A DNA stretch of 64,000 bases from Rhodosorus marinus CCMP1338 (Eukaryota; Plantae; Rhodophyta), in contig JAMWBK010000005.1 in the NCBI GenBank assembly GCA_029953675.1, positions 2,728,001 to 2,792,000 on the forward strand. The letters run 5' to 3'. Of this stretch, positions 1-13,119 are shown piece after piece (the stretch's first letter is position 1; each line of letters starts with the position of its first letter). A program made the translations under genes and the position numbers. The notes under the pieces are model-generated. The model saw nothing but the letters and a program-made list of their open reading frames with translations, was not told the origin of the DNA and did no database searches.

Positions 1-482
1 GTTTTCTTTTTGGCACATGGATCCCATACTCCTCCTTCTTTCTTTGGATGGAAGCCTCTGCAGCTTTTGCCTCAAGCCCACTGAAGCCGCTCACAATAGT
101 CTGGAGCTCTGAAGCTGCATTCACAACCAATTCCAGCGCTTCCTGGAAGATTTTCCACTTCTCTATGTCCATCCCTCGCACGGCTTCCTCAACCCACTCA
201 GTGGATTCTTCTGGTTCAGCTCTCTCCGTCGGCTGTTGCCGGTCCTCCAGCAGGTCGTCAGAGGACTCGAGAGGTCTATCCACAAGGAAAATCCCAGCAA
301 AACGCAGAGACGGGAGAACAAGTCCCAAAAACGCCAAAATCAACATAAACGGAACAAGAGATATTAACGTTTCAGCGGTCCTATAAAGATAAACAGAACT
401 TCATGAAGGTTAAAGAACCCACTCACCGGTCTTCTTCCATGACCCCAGCGCGTCTACTGGACCCTGCCCCACCTTCGCTCAT
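1..482 (-). CDS. Hypothetical protein with an N-terminal hydrophobic segment (5' part only; runs off the window edge)
   Basis: ATG at 482 (MSEGGAGSSRRAGVMEEDR). A 46-nt GTGAGT..TAG intron at 426-381 is followed by an open frame to position 1 (TAETLISLVPFMLILAFLGLVLPSLRFAGIFLV...). No family recognised. Confidence 0.6.
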
Positions 483-1249
483 TCTCGCACAGTTGCCAAG
501 CACCAACGTCCCGTACCTCTCGTTTTTGTAACAATTTCAGACCTACTTTCCTCAGTACCAGTAGCTTCTCGTTATAAGGGTCCCAGGACCATCTCATAAG
601 CAGTTTCAATCCTTCAGAAGCTCGTTATATTCCTAAAGCAGTGACAGGCTCGCGCCCATCGGCAATTTAGCCGTTACATCTCCCTACCCCAAAGCCAGAA
701 CAAAAAATAATAATAAAATAATAACATCTATTTCGTATAATCCTATTTCATTGGCAACTAACAGAAATAGATAAGTGCTTGTATCCAATTAATATCAGTC
801 AGAATAGATTATGAATTATTAATATTTTAATTGGATAATATACTAATTTATGAATTTTATTGGCTACTAAGGAATATAACGAAATACGGACGGATTTCCG
901 TTCTTCCTACTCTGAAACAGTTCGGGGTTCTGACGTGCATAAGCGAAGTTCATCAGAGTGGCCGTGGTCAGGTTGACGGATGGTTGCCTGCTAGTCAGCG
1001 GGATCAAAGCTTTCAGCTACGGAGAATCCCTGGTTTCTGCTTGATAGAATTAAGGAGCCTACGCAATCTTATTTTTGTTTTGTTTCTGTGTTGTTCATGG
1101 TGCGTAGCTGAGAGCGGCACCTTTCCGTACAGTCTTCAATTTTGTTGTGGAGAGTTCTTTTCAATGAGGGTGGGCTTACGGTAAACTGCTTCAAAACATA
1201 TCCTGGATCGAAAGGAGCTTGTATTCCGCAAGGTACTGAGATTGGCAAG

Positions 1250-2410
1250 ATGAGTAGTCAAGAGGAAATTCTTGCCCGTCACAAGCAGGAGAAGAAAGAG
1301 TTGGAAAAGAGGGCCGAGAAGATGAGGTCCTTCGTTCCCAAGAAGGTAGAGCAGACCTCGACAGGCTCATTTTTGAAGTTTTCCGGTAGAAACTGGCTGG
1401 CCTGAAGCTGATGGTAGCTATGCGACTTTTATGGACAGGATAAGGTGGGGAGACAGCGGGTCGGGGAGGAAATTGATGCTCTGCGGAAAGAGCTTTTGGA
1501 GAGGCACAATGAAGAGCTGAAGGAGACAGGAATCGAATCTCAGATCGAGGAATCCAGAACAAATGTCGAGAACATGTCTCTTGGTGGCAACGCTATATAC
1601 AAAGAGAAGAAGTTGTCAAAGCAGCAGGAGAAGAGGTAGGAGCAGATTAAAACATATGCTGAGGGGCCCACAGCAACAAGGAGGGCCTCACAATAAGCAT
1701 CCGGCCAGAAGCCCATTCAAGTAAATCCAAGGTTTGAAAGGACTGACCCTAGTGACTTCCGCGCGCTTGCATACAGGTTAAGGAAACAGCAGGTTGAAGC
1801 GGAACGAGAGAAACAGAGAGCAGCCCAGAGAGCAGCGGCTGGGCCGAGTGAGGCCGAGAAAGAGACGAAGGCAATGCAAATCCTACTGGAATCTTCAGGT
1901 CTAACGGTTCATGAAATAGCTCCAGATGGGAATTGTTTGTTCAACGCTGTCGCCCACCAACTGAAAATCTTCGACCTGATGGAGACTGCCTCGAGTTTGA
2001 GAGCCAAAGCTGTCGAAAACATGCTCGCAAACGAGGACAAGTATATTTTTTTCCTCGAGGAAGTTGAAGGTGATCCTGAGAAGTTCAAACACTACTGCGA
2101 GGCAATGAGATCCTCAAGCATGTGGGGTGGCGAAGTGGAGCTCAGGGCACTTGCAACAGCGTTTGATGTAAACCATGGTTGCACATCCCTACGAACGTAT
2201 GAATACTTGTGCAATGACTGCGCTACTGACTGATTCAAGTTACTTCTGTCGTCTGATGCTCAGGCTCAAATTTTGGTGTACGCCGTTGGTCTCCCGCTTG
2301 TGGAAATCGGTGACAAGGACGCTCCGAAGACCTTAAGGGTATCTTATCACCGTAAAGCGTACGATCTCGGGGAGCACTACAACAGCGTATTGCGGAGACA
2401 AAAAAGATAG
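1250..2410 (+). CDS. OTUD6B: OTU-domain deubiquitinase, OTUD6B/Otu2-like (4 exons)
   Basis: N-terminus EEILARHKQEKKEL, catalytic PDGNCLF, WGGEVELRAL and C-terminal YHRKAYDLGEHYNSV. Introns at ~1346-1438, ~1637-1777 and ~2168-2262. Confidence 0.9.
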
Positions 2411-4371
2411 GATGAACCCTTGTTGTACTTGCTGTCGTCTTGAAGCTTTCCTAACAACTGACATAAACCCAACTCCTCCTGGATATCGGCCCAGCCGATA
2501 AATCATCGGATTTACGAGTAAGTTTCGAACGGTTCCCTTCGCAAGGACCTCGAAGAATTGCATGTGCATGACCTGCAAACCTTCATAAATCTGTGTAATT
2601 CCTTATGAAGAGCCTGTAATTCTTAAGAGCCCTCAGAATCTGGACGCTGAGAGCTGCAGGCCGGCAAACTCGGCACAGGCAGAGTTGACTTGATGCACTC
2701 GTCCCAGTTTGCTTTCACACCTCAATGAACTTGCGGGATACATGACAGAGCCAATGTGAAGCTCATTCAAGCTGTGAGGAATTCCTGCGATTGAACAAAC
2801 TTCGACTGGAGTCGGGGGTCAGGACAGACTGTCTTGCATTTTGAAAACTTTTCCAATCTGTAATTCAGGTAGTCTTTGCTCACATAGAATTATTAGAGAA
2901 GAAAAGTTGAAGCGCATGGACCCAAAATTTCACTTATAAAAAACAGCCTATCGCCCTTTATTTGAAATTCAGTTTTTTCTAAATTTTAGAAAAGAGTATA
3001 GAATATGTTCTATCATAGCTTAATACAGTATTATATACTTGCATTAGAAATTAATAAAAGTTCTAACTTTCATAATATCTGACATATCTCCACGTGTCCT
3101 ATTAACACAAAAGTAATGGATAGAAGAGTTTCGGCGCGCAGGAATATAGTGAAAAACAAAAATTATGTGTTCTCGCGTACATTCGAGTTTAATTTTGATG
3201 CTTATGAGGGAGGATGAATAAAAAAGAAAAAGGATAACCGTTTGAAGAAAATCATAGCGAGAAGACTTCATTGGAGAACGCATTTTCTTGAATTCTGAGG
3301 CCGTACTGAAGGATTGCTGGTTGGCAGCTGATAATTCGGTGGTTCCTTGGCGAGAGGGAGCCTTGTGGGGATTCGAGATGAAGCAAGCTTGGGTAGCACA
3401 GTCTACGCCATTGCAGCTGAGTTCATACTGCAACCTTTCTAAACCCTCCGAAAATCACAAGCCCTTTCCATGTTGTACAACTTATCCTTTTGGCCGTTCT
3501 CGTCGTGGAGAGCGGGCTTGACTCCCAAGGAGCGGACGAACAATACGAGAGAAGAGACCAAGTCCATATGATACTTACTCTGTGAGGCGCTCTCATGCTT
3601 GATGATAATGAGCCTCCTCAGCGTATCCTGTACAAAACGTTTCGAAAAGAACGGAAAGAGACACGAAGCGGGAAATCCAGTATCCCGTGGCCGCGGTTCG
3701 TGGGAACCAACCCTTCCACTCAAAGCAAATCAAACTATCCATCGCCGGAGAGATTTCATGGAACTATCCAACGTAGCAAACGAGCTAGTACCAAACAGAC
3801 TATCCACCCATAAGTCGTCCAGCTCCCAGCCCCACTCATTCAAAAAAAAACACATAATTCATAATCTACCGCAATATTCCTGATCAAGAACATAAAATTC
3901 TAAATATATTATAAATAAATAAATGCATTGTCGAAAAGAAAAACAAGAACTATTGTTCTAGAAAAAGGGCGGCTGTGTGGTCTGGTGATGATTTGCCCCT
4001 CTCGAACGCTTATTTGCATGCTTGGAAGTGGAGCATCGGAAGCTTGCTCCGGAAGGGGAGGGGTGACGACTGACGAGGTATGGAATGGGAACGCGAGGAG
4101 GGGGGGTGGTGGGGGTGGTGGGGAAAGAGTGTTTGCAGGACGTATAATGAGGACTGGGGGTTTTGGACCGTTTATGAAGGTCCGGATAAGAATTTAGAAT
4201 GTCAATACATTGTACGGAACGGATGGTTTCGTTTCTCTAGGCGCTCTGGAGTGGTAGAGAGAGAGGGGGGAGGGTAAGGTGGAGAGCTGTCGAGACTTTG
4301 CTGTTTTTGCTCAAGAATCCTGCTGAGGTACTTGGGCGCTTAGCTGGAAGAGGAGAGTAACAAGAGGAGAC

Positions 4372-7300
4372 ATGTCTGCGCCACCGAGACGTCCGTCAGA
4401 TTTACCTCCGTCCAGGAGCCCGAGAATGCCGATGGACAGGTACGTTGATTTGCTAGTTTGAGCGTCCTCGACGTGTAGATCTGGTCGAACGTGTTTTGGA
4501 GTTGATTTTTCACATTATTTTTGGGAGCTGAAATTCCCAGGTTCGCATCTGACCCGTTTGTGTTGGACCTACTTAGAATGCGCGGTAGGGATTTCGGTGG
4601 AGCAGGCCCCGGCGGTGGCCCCGGGCCTGGTACTCCTGGTGTTCCCGGTGGTCCTGGTACCCCGCCTGTTCCTGGTGGTCCCGGTGGTGGACCGGTTGGA
4701 CCTGGTGGACCGGTTGGACCTGGTGGACCGGTTGGACCTGGTGGACCGGTTGGACCTGGTGGACCGGTTGGACCTGGTGGACCGGTTGGACCTGGTGGAC
4801 CGGTTGGACCTGGTGGACCGGTTGGTCCTAGTGGACCAGGAGGCCCTGTAGGTCCCGGAATGGGCGTTCCCTACGGCGGCAGTCCTCTGGAGAATGGGGG
4901 GCGTGGTCATTACGGGTGGAACCAGAACAATTTTTATTTCAATGCGGGTGCGCGAGGTCCTCACCACGTTGAAAGGGACCGGGGATTTGGGCGACCATTC
5001 CATGGCAGGAGGGATGATTGGAGACACAGCGCAAGGCCAAGGGAAAACTTTGAGACGCGACCGGGCTACGAGCCCGCGAGGCAAGTCGGAAGATATACGA
5101 TTTCACCTCGAGTTCGCCCGCATCAGGGACCGACTGGTCCTTCGGTTCGCCCTGAGGAAATGAAGGGCGATAAGTATTGGGAGCATAATCCGAGGGCTGG
5201 TCCTAAGAGATGGGGGGAGGAACCCGCGAACGATGAGCCCAGAGGGCCTGAGAGGATAATTGAACGCTCTAGACTCAAAATTCAGAGCTTCAACAAGTTT
5301 TCGGAAGGTATGGAATCCTCATTCGCGAGTTTTGGACCCTTTAAGGACGGGCTCCTTCCGAGCATAGCTTTGAGCTAACTTCAACACGCTGCCTCTGGTT
5401 TTCACACATCATTTCCAACGATTCTTTGATAGATTCTGAGGGATTTCCTGCCTATGACGATGAGCCAGGTGCTCGGGACTCGTCCGGGTTTTGTCCAAGG
5501 CATACAAAAGCTCCGACAACCCCAAAGTCCATCCCGCCTTCACCTCGAATTACGGATATGAAGCCAATTTATGCATTTGCTGGAATGCAGAAGCAGAGTT
5601 CTTTCAAAGAAACGAGGGCGGATGGTGACGTTCCAGAGTCCAAGCGATTCTCGACTCCAGTATTGGACCGCAGTTTTGATTCGGTAAGAAGCAAATTGGC
5701 AGCTAGGGGAAACTGGACCTATCAAGCAGCGTGTCGACTCACGTATTCTTCGAATTTCTGGACCCACCCAGAGGGGGTCGAGGACACCCACAGAGCCAGC
5801 TATGGCCCCGACTGATAGTAGCGCCAAAGACTCGCCGATTGAAATGTTTGGTGGTGAGAGAGCTAAGAGAAGACTTGAGGATCGATCAATGGATATATCG
5901 GCGCCTGCTCCGTTGACTACAAAACGAGCGGAAGACTCAACTATGGTGGTCGTGAAGGAACGAAGAGAAGAGCTTGCACACATGGGTACTGGTTCCAGAT
6001 TAGATGAGACCGCGGCCATGTCTAATGAAATGGGCGAATCCTGGGACAAGGCAGTTGACGATTCCAAGCCAGGGAGTACGGACGCTGACAAGAAGCCCAC
6101 TACTAGCCATCGCAAGCCAGAACCTACTAGTACCGACGTTAGAGCTCCACGGGAAAGACCGTCCAAGCCAGTCAGTGAGCCGGGAAAGATCGAGGAGAAG
6201 ACCGCTAGAGTTGCGGATGCGGTGCCTGCGGTGCCAGCGCGTGAATCCCAGGAAATCACAACACCGCAGCTGTTGGAAGGAAGCGAACCAAAGGGCAAAA
6301 CGAAAGCTGAGCTGCTATCTGAGATAGACGGTACTGATCTGTCACTTACTGAACTGAAGAAGAGGATCTCCACGCTAAAGGAGGCTATTGAGACCAATCA
6401 TAAACAGCGGGCGGAGAGCGAGTGGGGGGACTTGAGTACCTTGAGTACCCATAATGTGGAGCCTGAATCCACCAACCCCGCCAAGAAATCCAGCGAGGAG
6501 CAAAGCGATACCTCAAGAGAAGCACGACATCAGAGCCAGTCATGTCAACGACTTGAACCGCCGAAAACAAAGGCTTCTTTGGCTCTCCTGTTGATTGAGG
6601 ACCAAACGTTCGTTGGAAGCGACACTCTTAGACCTGAGCGAGATCCGGGCGAGAACGGAGCGATGACAGCTCCGCCACAAGTGCAGCTTAAAGACGCTGT
6701 GCTCGAAATGCTCGCCATGAATCGGTCTGCTGCGGCAGATGCGGAAAAGCCGCTTCTTCACCTTTGCCGAGAGAAAGCCGGTGGTCTGCTATCCAGTGGA
6801 CAATACACTAGTCCTGATGAGAACCCAGCAGTGAAGAGTGCGCTCGCCGGTTTCGAAAAACTGAAAGGGAGTATGGCAAAGCTAGTTGCTCTGGACTTAC
6901 ACAAACGGCATCTGCGGAGAAAGAACTTGAGGAAAACATATTTATCATTGAGAAGAGGATGGCTGGACAGGCTAGCCTCAAGGGAAAGGAACTTCACCGA
7001 AGATGAGAGATTGACAAGACGAGAACGAGATCAGTACATTCTCATGGCCACTCGGGACACAAACATTGTGACTGGCGCGAAAGTTCGAGGGCGAGTTACT
7101 CACAAGCCGGGACAAGCCACGGGCGTTGGAGGCGCTCCAGCGAGCTTGGAGGAAGTTGACCTCATGATGGAAGAAATCAAGGAATCTGGAGGAACTGCAG
7201 GTGGACAGGATAGGTGGATTAAAACTCTGGCAGCGATTCCAGAGCAACAGCCTCAACTCGTGCCGCCTGATGGGATTCCTCACCTCATCGAGGATCCACT

Positions 7301-8110
7301 CGCAGCCTACCAACTCGCACGAGTGCAAAATCCTTGGACAAGAGGGGAACGGTTGATCTTCATTGAGAAATATATCAGCCATCCAAAGAACTTCAGGTGA
7401 GCGAGGCGCCGCAACCAACCTTGCGGAAGTCCCTACCGTTGGGACGCCGTTTCTGAGTGCAGACCCTTGAGAATGTGTAGGAAAATTGCGTCTTTTTTGG
7501 AGAATAAGTCGGTGGAAGACGTAGTTCGCTTTTATTTTAAGTACAAGATGCGCTTGAACCTGAAACAGGCGCTCAAAGAAAACGCCACCCGACGTAGAGC
7601 CAACAACGGCGCTAGGAGCAGGCTTGCGGCGGCTCCCGGGCTCGGTGGATTCCCCGTGGACACCATCCCGAAGCGATCGATATGTGATAACCTTCTTCAC
7701 GACGAGTAAGTAGAGAACGGCAACATCTGCTAAGCGCAGTCCCTCACTTCCACTGCCGTGTAGACTGACTAAGTGCTTTTCTGATTGAAAACCCTTTCAG
7801 TGTCTCAAGAAAGATAACCAAAAGATTACGGGTGACGACCTATACAGCCGAGTGGAGTGCTGTTGAGCGGGGACACTTTTTCAGAGCACTGCGGTCCAAG
7901 GGTTTAGATTTTAACGCAATTTCCAACTCGGTTAGCACCAGGTCTCCGTCGGAGTGCGAGGAGTACTACCGATCGGCTGAAGTCAGAATAGGTCCTGATG
8001 CATACGTTCCTTGCGTTTCACATTGACTGTTTTGTACGCTACCTACCTTGTTGCTTGTTTTTTGTCCACGTTCGCGGCATCTTCTACTAGTGAACGATGC
8101 CAAAAGATGA
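4372..8110 (+). CDS. SANT/Myb-domain nuclear co-repressor-like protein (NCoR/Snt1-like) with an N-terminal Gly-Pro repeat
   Basis: Phase-compatible introns at 4440-4540, 5308-5432, 5684-5771, ~7397-7479 and ~7706-7800 join the ORFs. SANT1 is [40 protein letters not shown]; SANT2 is [24 protein letters not shown]. The last exon and stop are uncertain (8026 or 8110). Confidence 0.8.
4689..4832 (+). repeat. Coding minisatellite: 18-bp unit GGACCGGTTGGACCTGGT, 7 perfect copies plus 1 diverged, encoding (GPVGPG)n
   Basis: Read directly from the sequence; lies in exon 2 of the SANT gene. Confidence 0.97.
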
Positions 8111-8361
8111 GGCTAATAGCTTTTGTATAACCAGTGAATGTAGTTTTGAGTTGGCAAATGTCAAAAGCGAAGGGCGCAGGGCTCTCTGGTACAGCTCGTT
8201 CGGACTCGGACACGTGTTGTAAGTTTTTTTGAATTTTGCAGAACGAACAATTTGGGGACGGATTCGTTAATATTTCGTGTCCTGAGCGATTCAGACGGAA
8301 GCTCGAACTGCGTATTTCCTATAGCAGTTCTCGCCAGGTTGAAAAAGCCGCAGAACGGCGG

Positions 8362-8839
8362 CTAGCTGCGTACGACGCGTGTGACTCGAGAGTCACCACA
8401 ATCGCCGATCGTTCGGAGCTTCGCACCAGCAGCGAACCCTCCGTGCCAACGAGCATCAGGTTTTATTTGCAAAGTTCGACTTTCACGCGAAAAGGGATAG
8501 ATTTTCACGTTTGTCGAGGGTGTAGTAGAAACCCAACCGATCCTATACGATCGACCTTCGTTTACCAACATCCGTACTTTCGCTTGAAGAAAGTGAAAGT
8601 ACGCAAACCGCACCAGACTAGACTCAGCTCAAACCGAGTAAAGCAATCAGGATGTTCAAGGAGGGCTCGTAGTCCCAGAATGCCGAAAACCGACTTTCCA
8701 TCCAACCCCCAAAACTTGTTTTACCAACTCACCCCATGGAGATTAACTCAAACGAGCTTGCAGAAAAGTCCACTGGTCCATGCTCCCAATGACAATATTG
8801 CTGATCGCCCTCAGCCAAGGTCGTTTCCATCTCATCCAT
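8362..8839 (-). CDS. Possible small hypothetical gene (exon structure unresolved)
   Basis: MDEMETTLAEGDQQYCHWEHGPVDFSASSFELISMG is followed by a GTGAGT donor, and a downstream open frame ends at 8362. A C/A-rich leader at 8900-9100 matches other minus-strand genes. Confidence 0.3.
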
Positions 8840-10312
8840 GGAGATTGAATCAACAAGATTAGAATCAGAAACCCTTCTAATCCACGCAGCCCACCCAAAT
8901 GCTTAATGTAGCAAATTTGCTGATCGGCATCAAACAGTCAGCAAGACCCCATTGAACCGTCATCGACTACGTCCCCATCAAAAAAAAATACGAACCCAAA
9001 TGAGAACTATCAAATCTAAGTCAAGAAAACACACCTTTCAATCCAAAAACTAGTCTCAAAATAGTTAGTTAAAAAAACCACACACGCAATTTTTCAACCA
9101 ATAAAATTCAGTCGCCATCTTGGGTATCAATATAATTAAACAAAATTCTAACTGTCATCTTTGAATCCTTTCTAATATTACAAAAATTCTCTTCTCCCGT
9201 CGTCGCACATACCGTCGCAACAAAAACATATATAACGTAAATAAAATACTCTATTATGATTTACTGCACCAAAGTAATAGATATAAACAAATATTTATAG
9301 CTTCTCCATTGGCTAACAAGAATCAATAGTTATTGATTTTCAGAATAAAATAGTAGTGATGTTGTTTCATCCCCTTATGATGCCTAAGGACGTTGAACGC
9401 AGATGGACAGGAAACGCCACTTTCGGGATTTCATGGATTGAATGTGCGAGAACTAACACTTCTAGATTTTTCGAATAATTTATTGACTTTTCTGAGATCT
9501 CTTTCCGTCAGAGCGAAATTAATTAGTTTCAATAAATGATATACTTAATTCTTCCCCCCTCCACCGTTACTAAGTTATCAACTCAATATGTTCAAAACAA
9601 AATGTTACCCCTTAAAGTAGTCGATATCCAATCGAGCAACTAGAAATTGTTTTGCATAATAAGAAATATTGTTGTACTTCGCCGGAAGCACAAAAGGGGT
9701 AAGATAGATTTGTGAAGGAGCTTATGAAAAAAGGATGGGGGGTGGATGTAAATTGAGTACGGATTTTTTATGTTTTTCGCAATTTCGTCGTGGCCGAGAT
9801 TGTGTAACATTGGGCATTCAGTTGATTTGATATAAAAGGCGGAAAAGCAGTGATCGAGTTCAGCACGTCATAGCAAAGGGACGGAACGGTGGGGGACAGG
9901 GGAGGAAGGGGGTACTGGAAGTTTGTCATTGTCTAGGTCTCTGACAAGCCAAGCTTCCGTTTTTGTTTGTTGGTTTGTTTGGGATGGAGGAGCCTCGCAA
10001 AAGAGCATCTTTGTGCTTCAGCCCGTGTTGAATGTGCGGGTGTTTGTTGATCCCTTGAGTGATCTGTTCCATTGGCCTTGGGTGTGTGGTGCTGTGACAG
10101 AGACAGGCACAGCGCGTTTTGAGCTGAATAGAATGGCGCTGGGGAGTGAAAAGCACGATCGAATTGAAGCCCGAATTCGGTAGCCGATTTTTGTTTGGCC
10201 TTCCTTGGTCCTCGGTCCCCGGGGTGTGAAAGAGGGCTGTTTACGCCGCTGCATCAGGGTCTTTTTTTTGCCGTTTTTTGTGTGGGTGTCTAAAAGTACG
10301 ATCCAGGCAGAA

Positions 10313-12729
10313 ATGGAGGTCATAAAGAGAGATGGAAGGAAGCAGCCAGTCAAGTTCGACAAAATCACCGCCCGGATAAAGAAGCTGGCTTATGGATTGG
10401 ATCCAATGGTGGATATCACGGAAGTCGCACAAAAGGTTTGTGCAGGGGTGTACAATCATGTTACCACTTCTGAACTGGATGAACTTGCGGCCGAAACTGC
10501 GGCATACATGTCTACACGCCATCATGACTATTCACTGCTGGCATCTCGGATTGCGATATCGAATCTGCACAAGAACACAACAAAATCGTTTTCGGGCACT
10601 GTACAGCTGCTACATGGCAACGTTGACATGAGAACTGGGAAAGCTGCTCAGCTTATCACCGACGAGTTCTTTGACAACGTGATGCGACACAGGGAGATTC
10701 TCGATGCGTCAATCATATATGATCGCGATTTTTCGTACAACTATTTTGCCTTTAAGACGCTCGAGAGGTCGTACCTTTTGAGCGCAAACGGAAAAGTAGT
10801 TGAGAGGCCACAGCACATGCTTATGAGAGTAGCAGTCGCAATTCACGGAGATGACATCGATGGCGTCCTGGAAACTTATGAGCACCTATCGCTCAAGAAC
10901 TTTACTCACGCCTCTCCAACGCTCTTCAACGCGGGCATCACGCGGGCACAGCTCTCCTCGTGTTTCTTGCTTGACATGATCGATGACTCGATTGAAGGTA
11001 TTTTTGACACCTTGAAGAGGTAAGCAGAATCAATCGCAAGAATTTTACAAGTGGAACGCTTGTGCTGACGTTTGGACGTTTCTATTCCAGATGTGCTGTT
11101 ATATCCAAAGGAGCCGGTGGGATTGGCCTGGCCGTCCACAAGATAAGAGCGTCAGGATCACGCATTAGGAGCACTTGTGGTACTTCGAACGGCCTAGTTC
11201 CTATGCTACGGGTTTTCAATAATACTGCTCGATACGTTGACCAAGGAGCTGGTAAGCGAAAGGGTGCCTTCGCCATTTACCTGGAGCCCTGGCACGCTGA
11301 TGTATTCGATTTCCTCAATCTGCGGAAAAATCACGGAAAGGAGGAGCATCGAGCTCGCGATCTATTTTACGCATTGTGGGTGCCTGATTTGTTCATGAAG
11401 CGAGTTGAAAGCGATTCCTACTGGTCGCTGTTTTGCCCGAATGAGACTGAGGGACTTGCGGAAGTCTGGGGCAGTGATTTCGATAATTTGTACGTCAAGT
11501 ATGAGGAACAAGGGCTGGCTCGGGAGCAGATTCCTGCAAGGAAGTTATGGTTTGCAATTCTCGAGTCGCAGATGGAGACTGGCACTCCATATATGCTGTA
11601 TAAGGACACGTGCAATATGAAAAGCAACCAGAAGCATATGGGAACGATCAAGAGCAGTAACTTGTGCACCGAGATCGTCCAGTACACGTCTGCAGACGAG
11701 GTTGCAGTATGCAACCTGGCGTCCATTGCGTTGCCTCGGATGATTGATGAAAAAGCGGATGGGAGAAAGTTCTTTAATCATCAAAGGCTCAGGAAGATAG
11801 TTCACGTGATAACTCGGAACTTGAACAAAGTGATCGATGTCAATGAATATCCACTTCCGGAGGCGGAGCGGTCGAATATGAGGCATAGACCAGTAGGCAT
11901 TGGCGTCCAAGGTCTTGCTGACGTCTTCATCCTCTTGAGAATGCCGTTTGAAAGTGAAGAAGCTCGAGTCGTCAACAGGGAAATCTTCGAAACTATCTAT
12001 TTTTCTGCATTAGAAGAATCCTGCAGTCTAGCGAAGGATTGTGGAGCGTATTCAACGTACGAAGGGTCCCCGATTTCTCAGGGAATTTTTCAGCAGGACA
12101 TGTGGAACGTAACTCCATCCGACCGATGGGACTGGGATGCGCTTCGCGAATCGATACGCACGCACGGAGTTCGAAATTCGCTTCTCGTTGCGCCTATGCC
12201 GACAGCATCCACTTCGCAGATCCTTGGAAACAACGAGTGCTTCGAACCCTATACGTCGAACATTTACACGAGAAGAGTCCTCGCAGGGGAGTTTACAGTA
12301 GTGAACCAACATCTCCTGAACGATCTGTTGGAGATGGGCCTGTGGAATTCGCCGATCAAGAACAGAATAATTGAGGCGAACGGTTCGATACAGGGGATCA
12401 CGGAGATTCCTGAATCGCTGAGGGAACTGTACAAGACCGTGTGGGAAATATCGCAGAAACGTGTGCTAGAAATGGCTGCAGACAGGGGTGCATTCATTGA
12501 CCAGAGCCAAAGCCTCAACGTTCACATCGCTACACCGAACATTGCGAAGCTCAGCTCTATGCATTTCCACGGTTGGAAGCTTGGCTTAAAAACTGGAATG
12601 TACTATCTCAGGACTAAGCCTGCTGCGGATGCCATAAAGTTCACGGTAGAACAGAGAGAAACTACGAAGCCGCCGCCAGCCGCCGCGTGTTCACGAAACG
12701 GACCTGACTGTACCTCGTGTGGCAGTTGA
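10313..12729 (+). CDS. RRM1: Ribonucleoside-diphosphate reductase large subunit (class Ia, eukaryotic), 2 exons
   Basis: ATP-cone [52 protein letters not shown] and C-terminal CTSCGS. Intron at 11020-11090. Confidence 0.98.
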
Positions 12730-13119
12730 AGGTCCCTCCCTTGCTCGCGGAGGCCATTGTTGGAGAACCCCCCAACCCCAATATCATGTGCATTCTGCTA
12801 ACATCATGTTTCAACCTTTTTTTTTGTTTTATAATTGTGTTTTGTGTTTTGTCGTAACTGTTTATTTTCTTTACGGCTCCGTCGCACTTGGCCGGGCTGT
12901 TGTATTCGTGTTGAGAGGTGTTAACTTTTATAATAAGGTCTTGTCGGAAGGAAAAAACTTTTTCGTGTTTTCAAAACGCGTTTTTTTTCTCATATACGCG
13001 GTTCGGTTTCGAGAAATAGTTTTGAGGAAGCCCGAGCACGTAAACTTCATCCGGCACCCCAGACTATCGTAGCAGGCTTGATTTCCTCCCTGCATCAGGG
13101 TTAAAGAAGTACAGGCCAC

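Noticed and set aside
4558-5084. ORFs with (DRLDLV)n and (TRSNRS)n repeats
   Set aside because: They are alternative-frame and antisense readings of the GPVGPG minisatellite. The Gly-Pro frame is the one that splices in phase into the SANT gene.
5540-6397. Long antisense or overlapping ORFs (also those within RRM1, DHX35, ANTH and UTP10)
   Set aside because: They lie opposite well-supported exons, have Ser/Leu-rich shadow composition and show no motifs.
10313-12729. Intein or self-splicing intron in RNR
   Set aside because: The length is normal for RRM1, and the only interruption is a 71-nt GT-AG spliceosomal intron.
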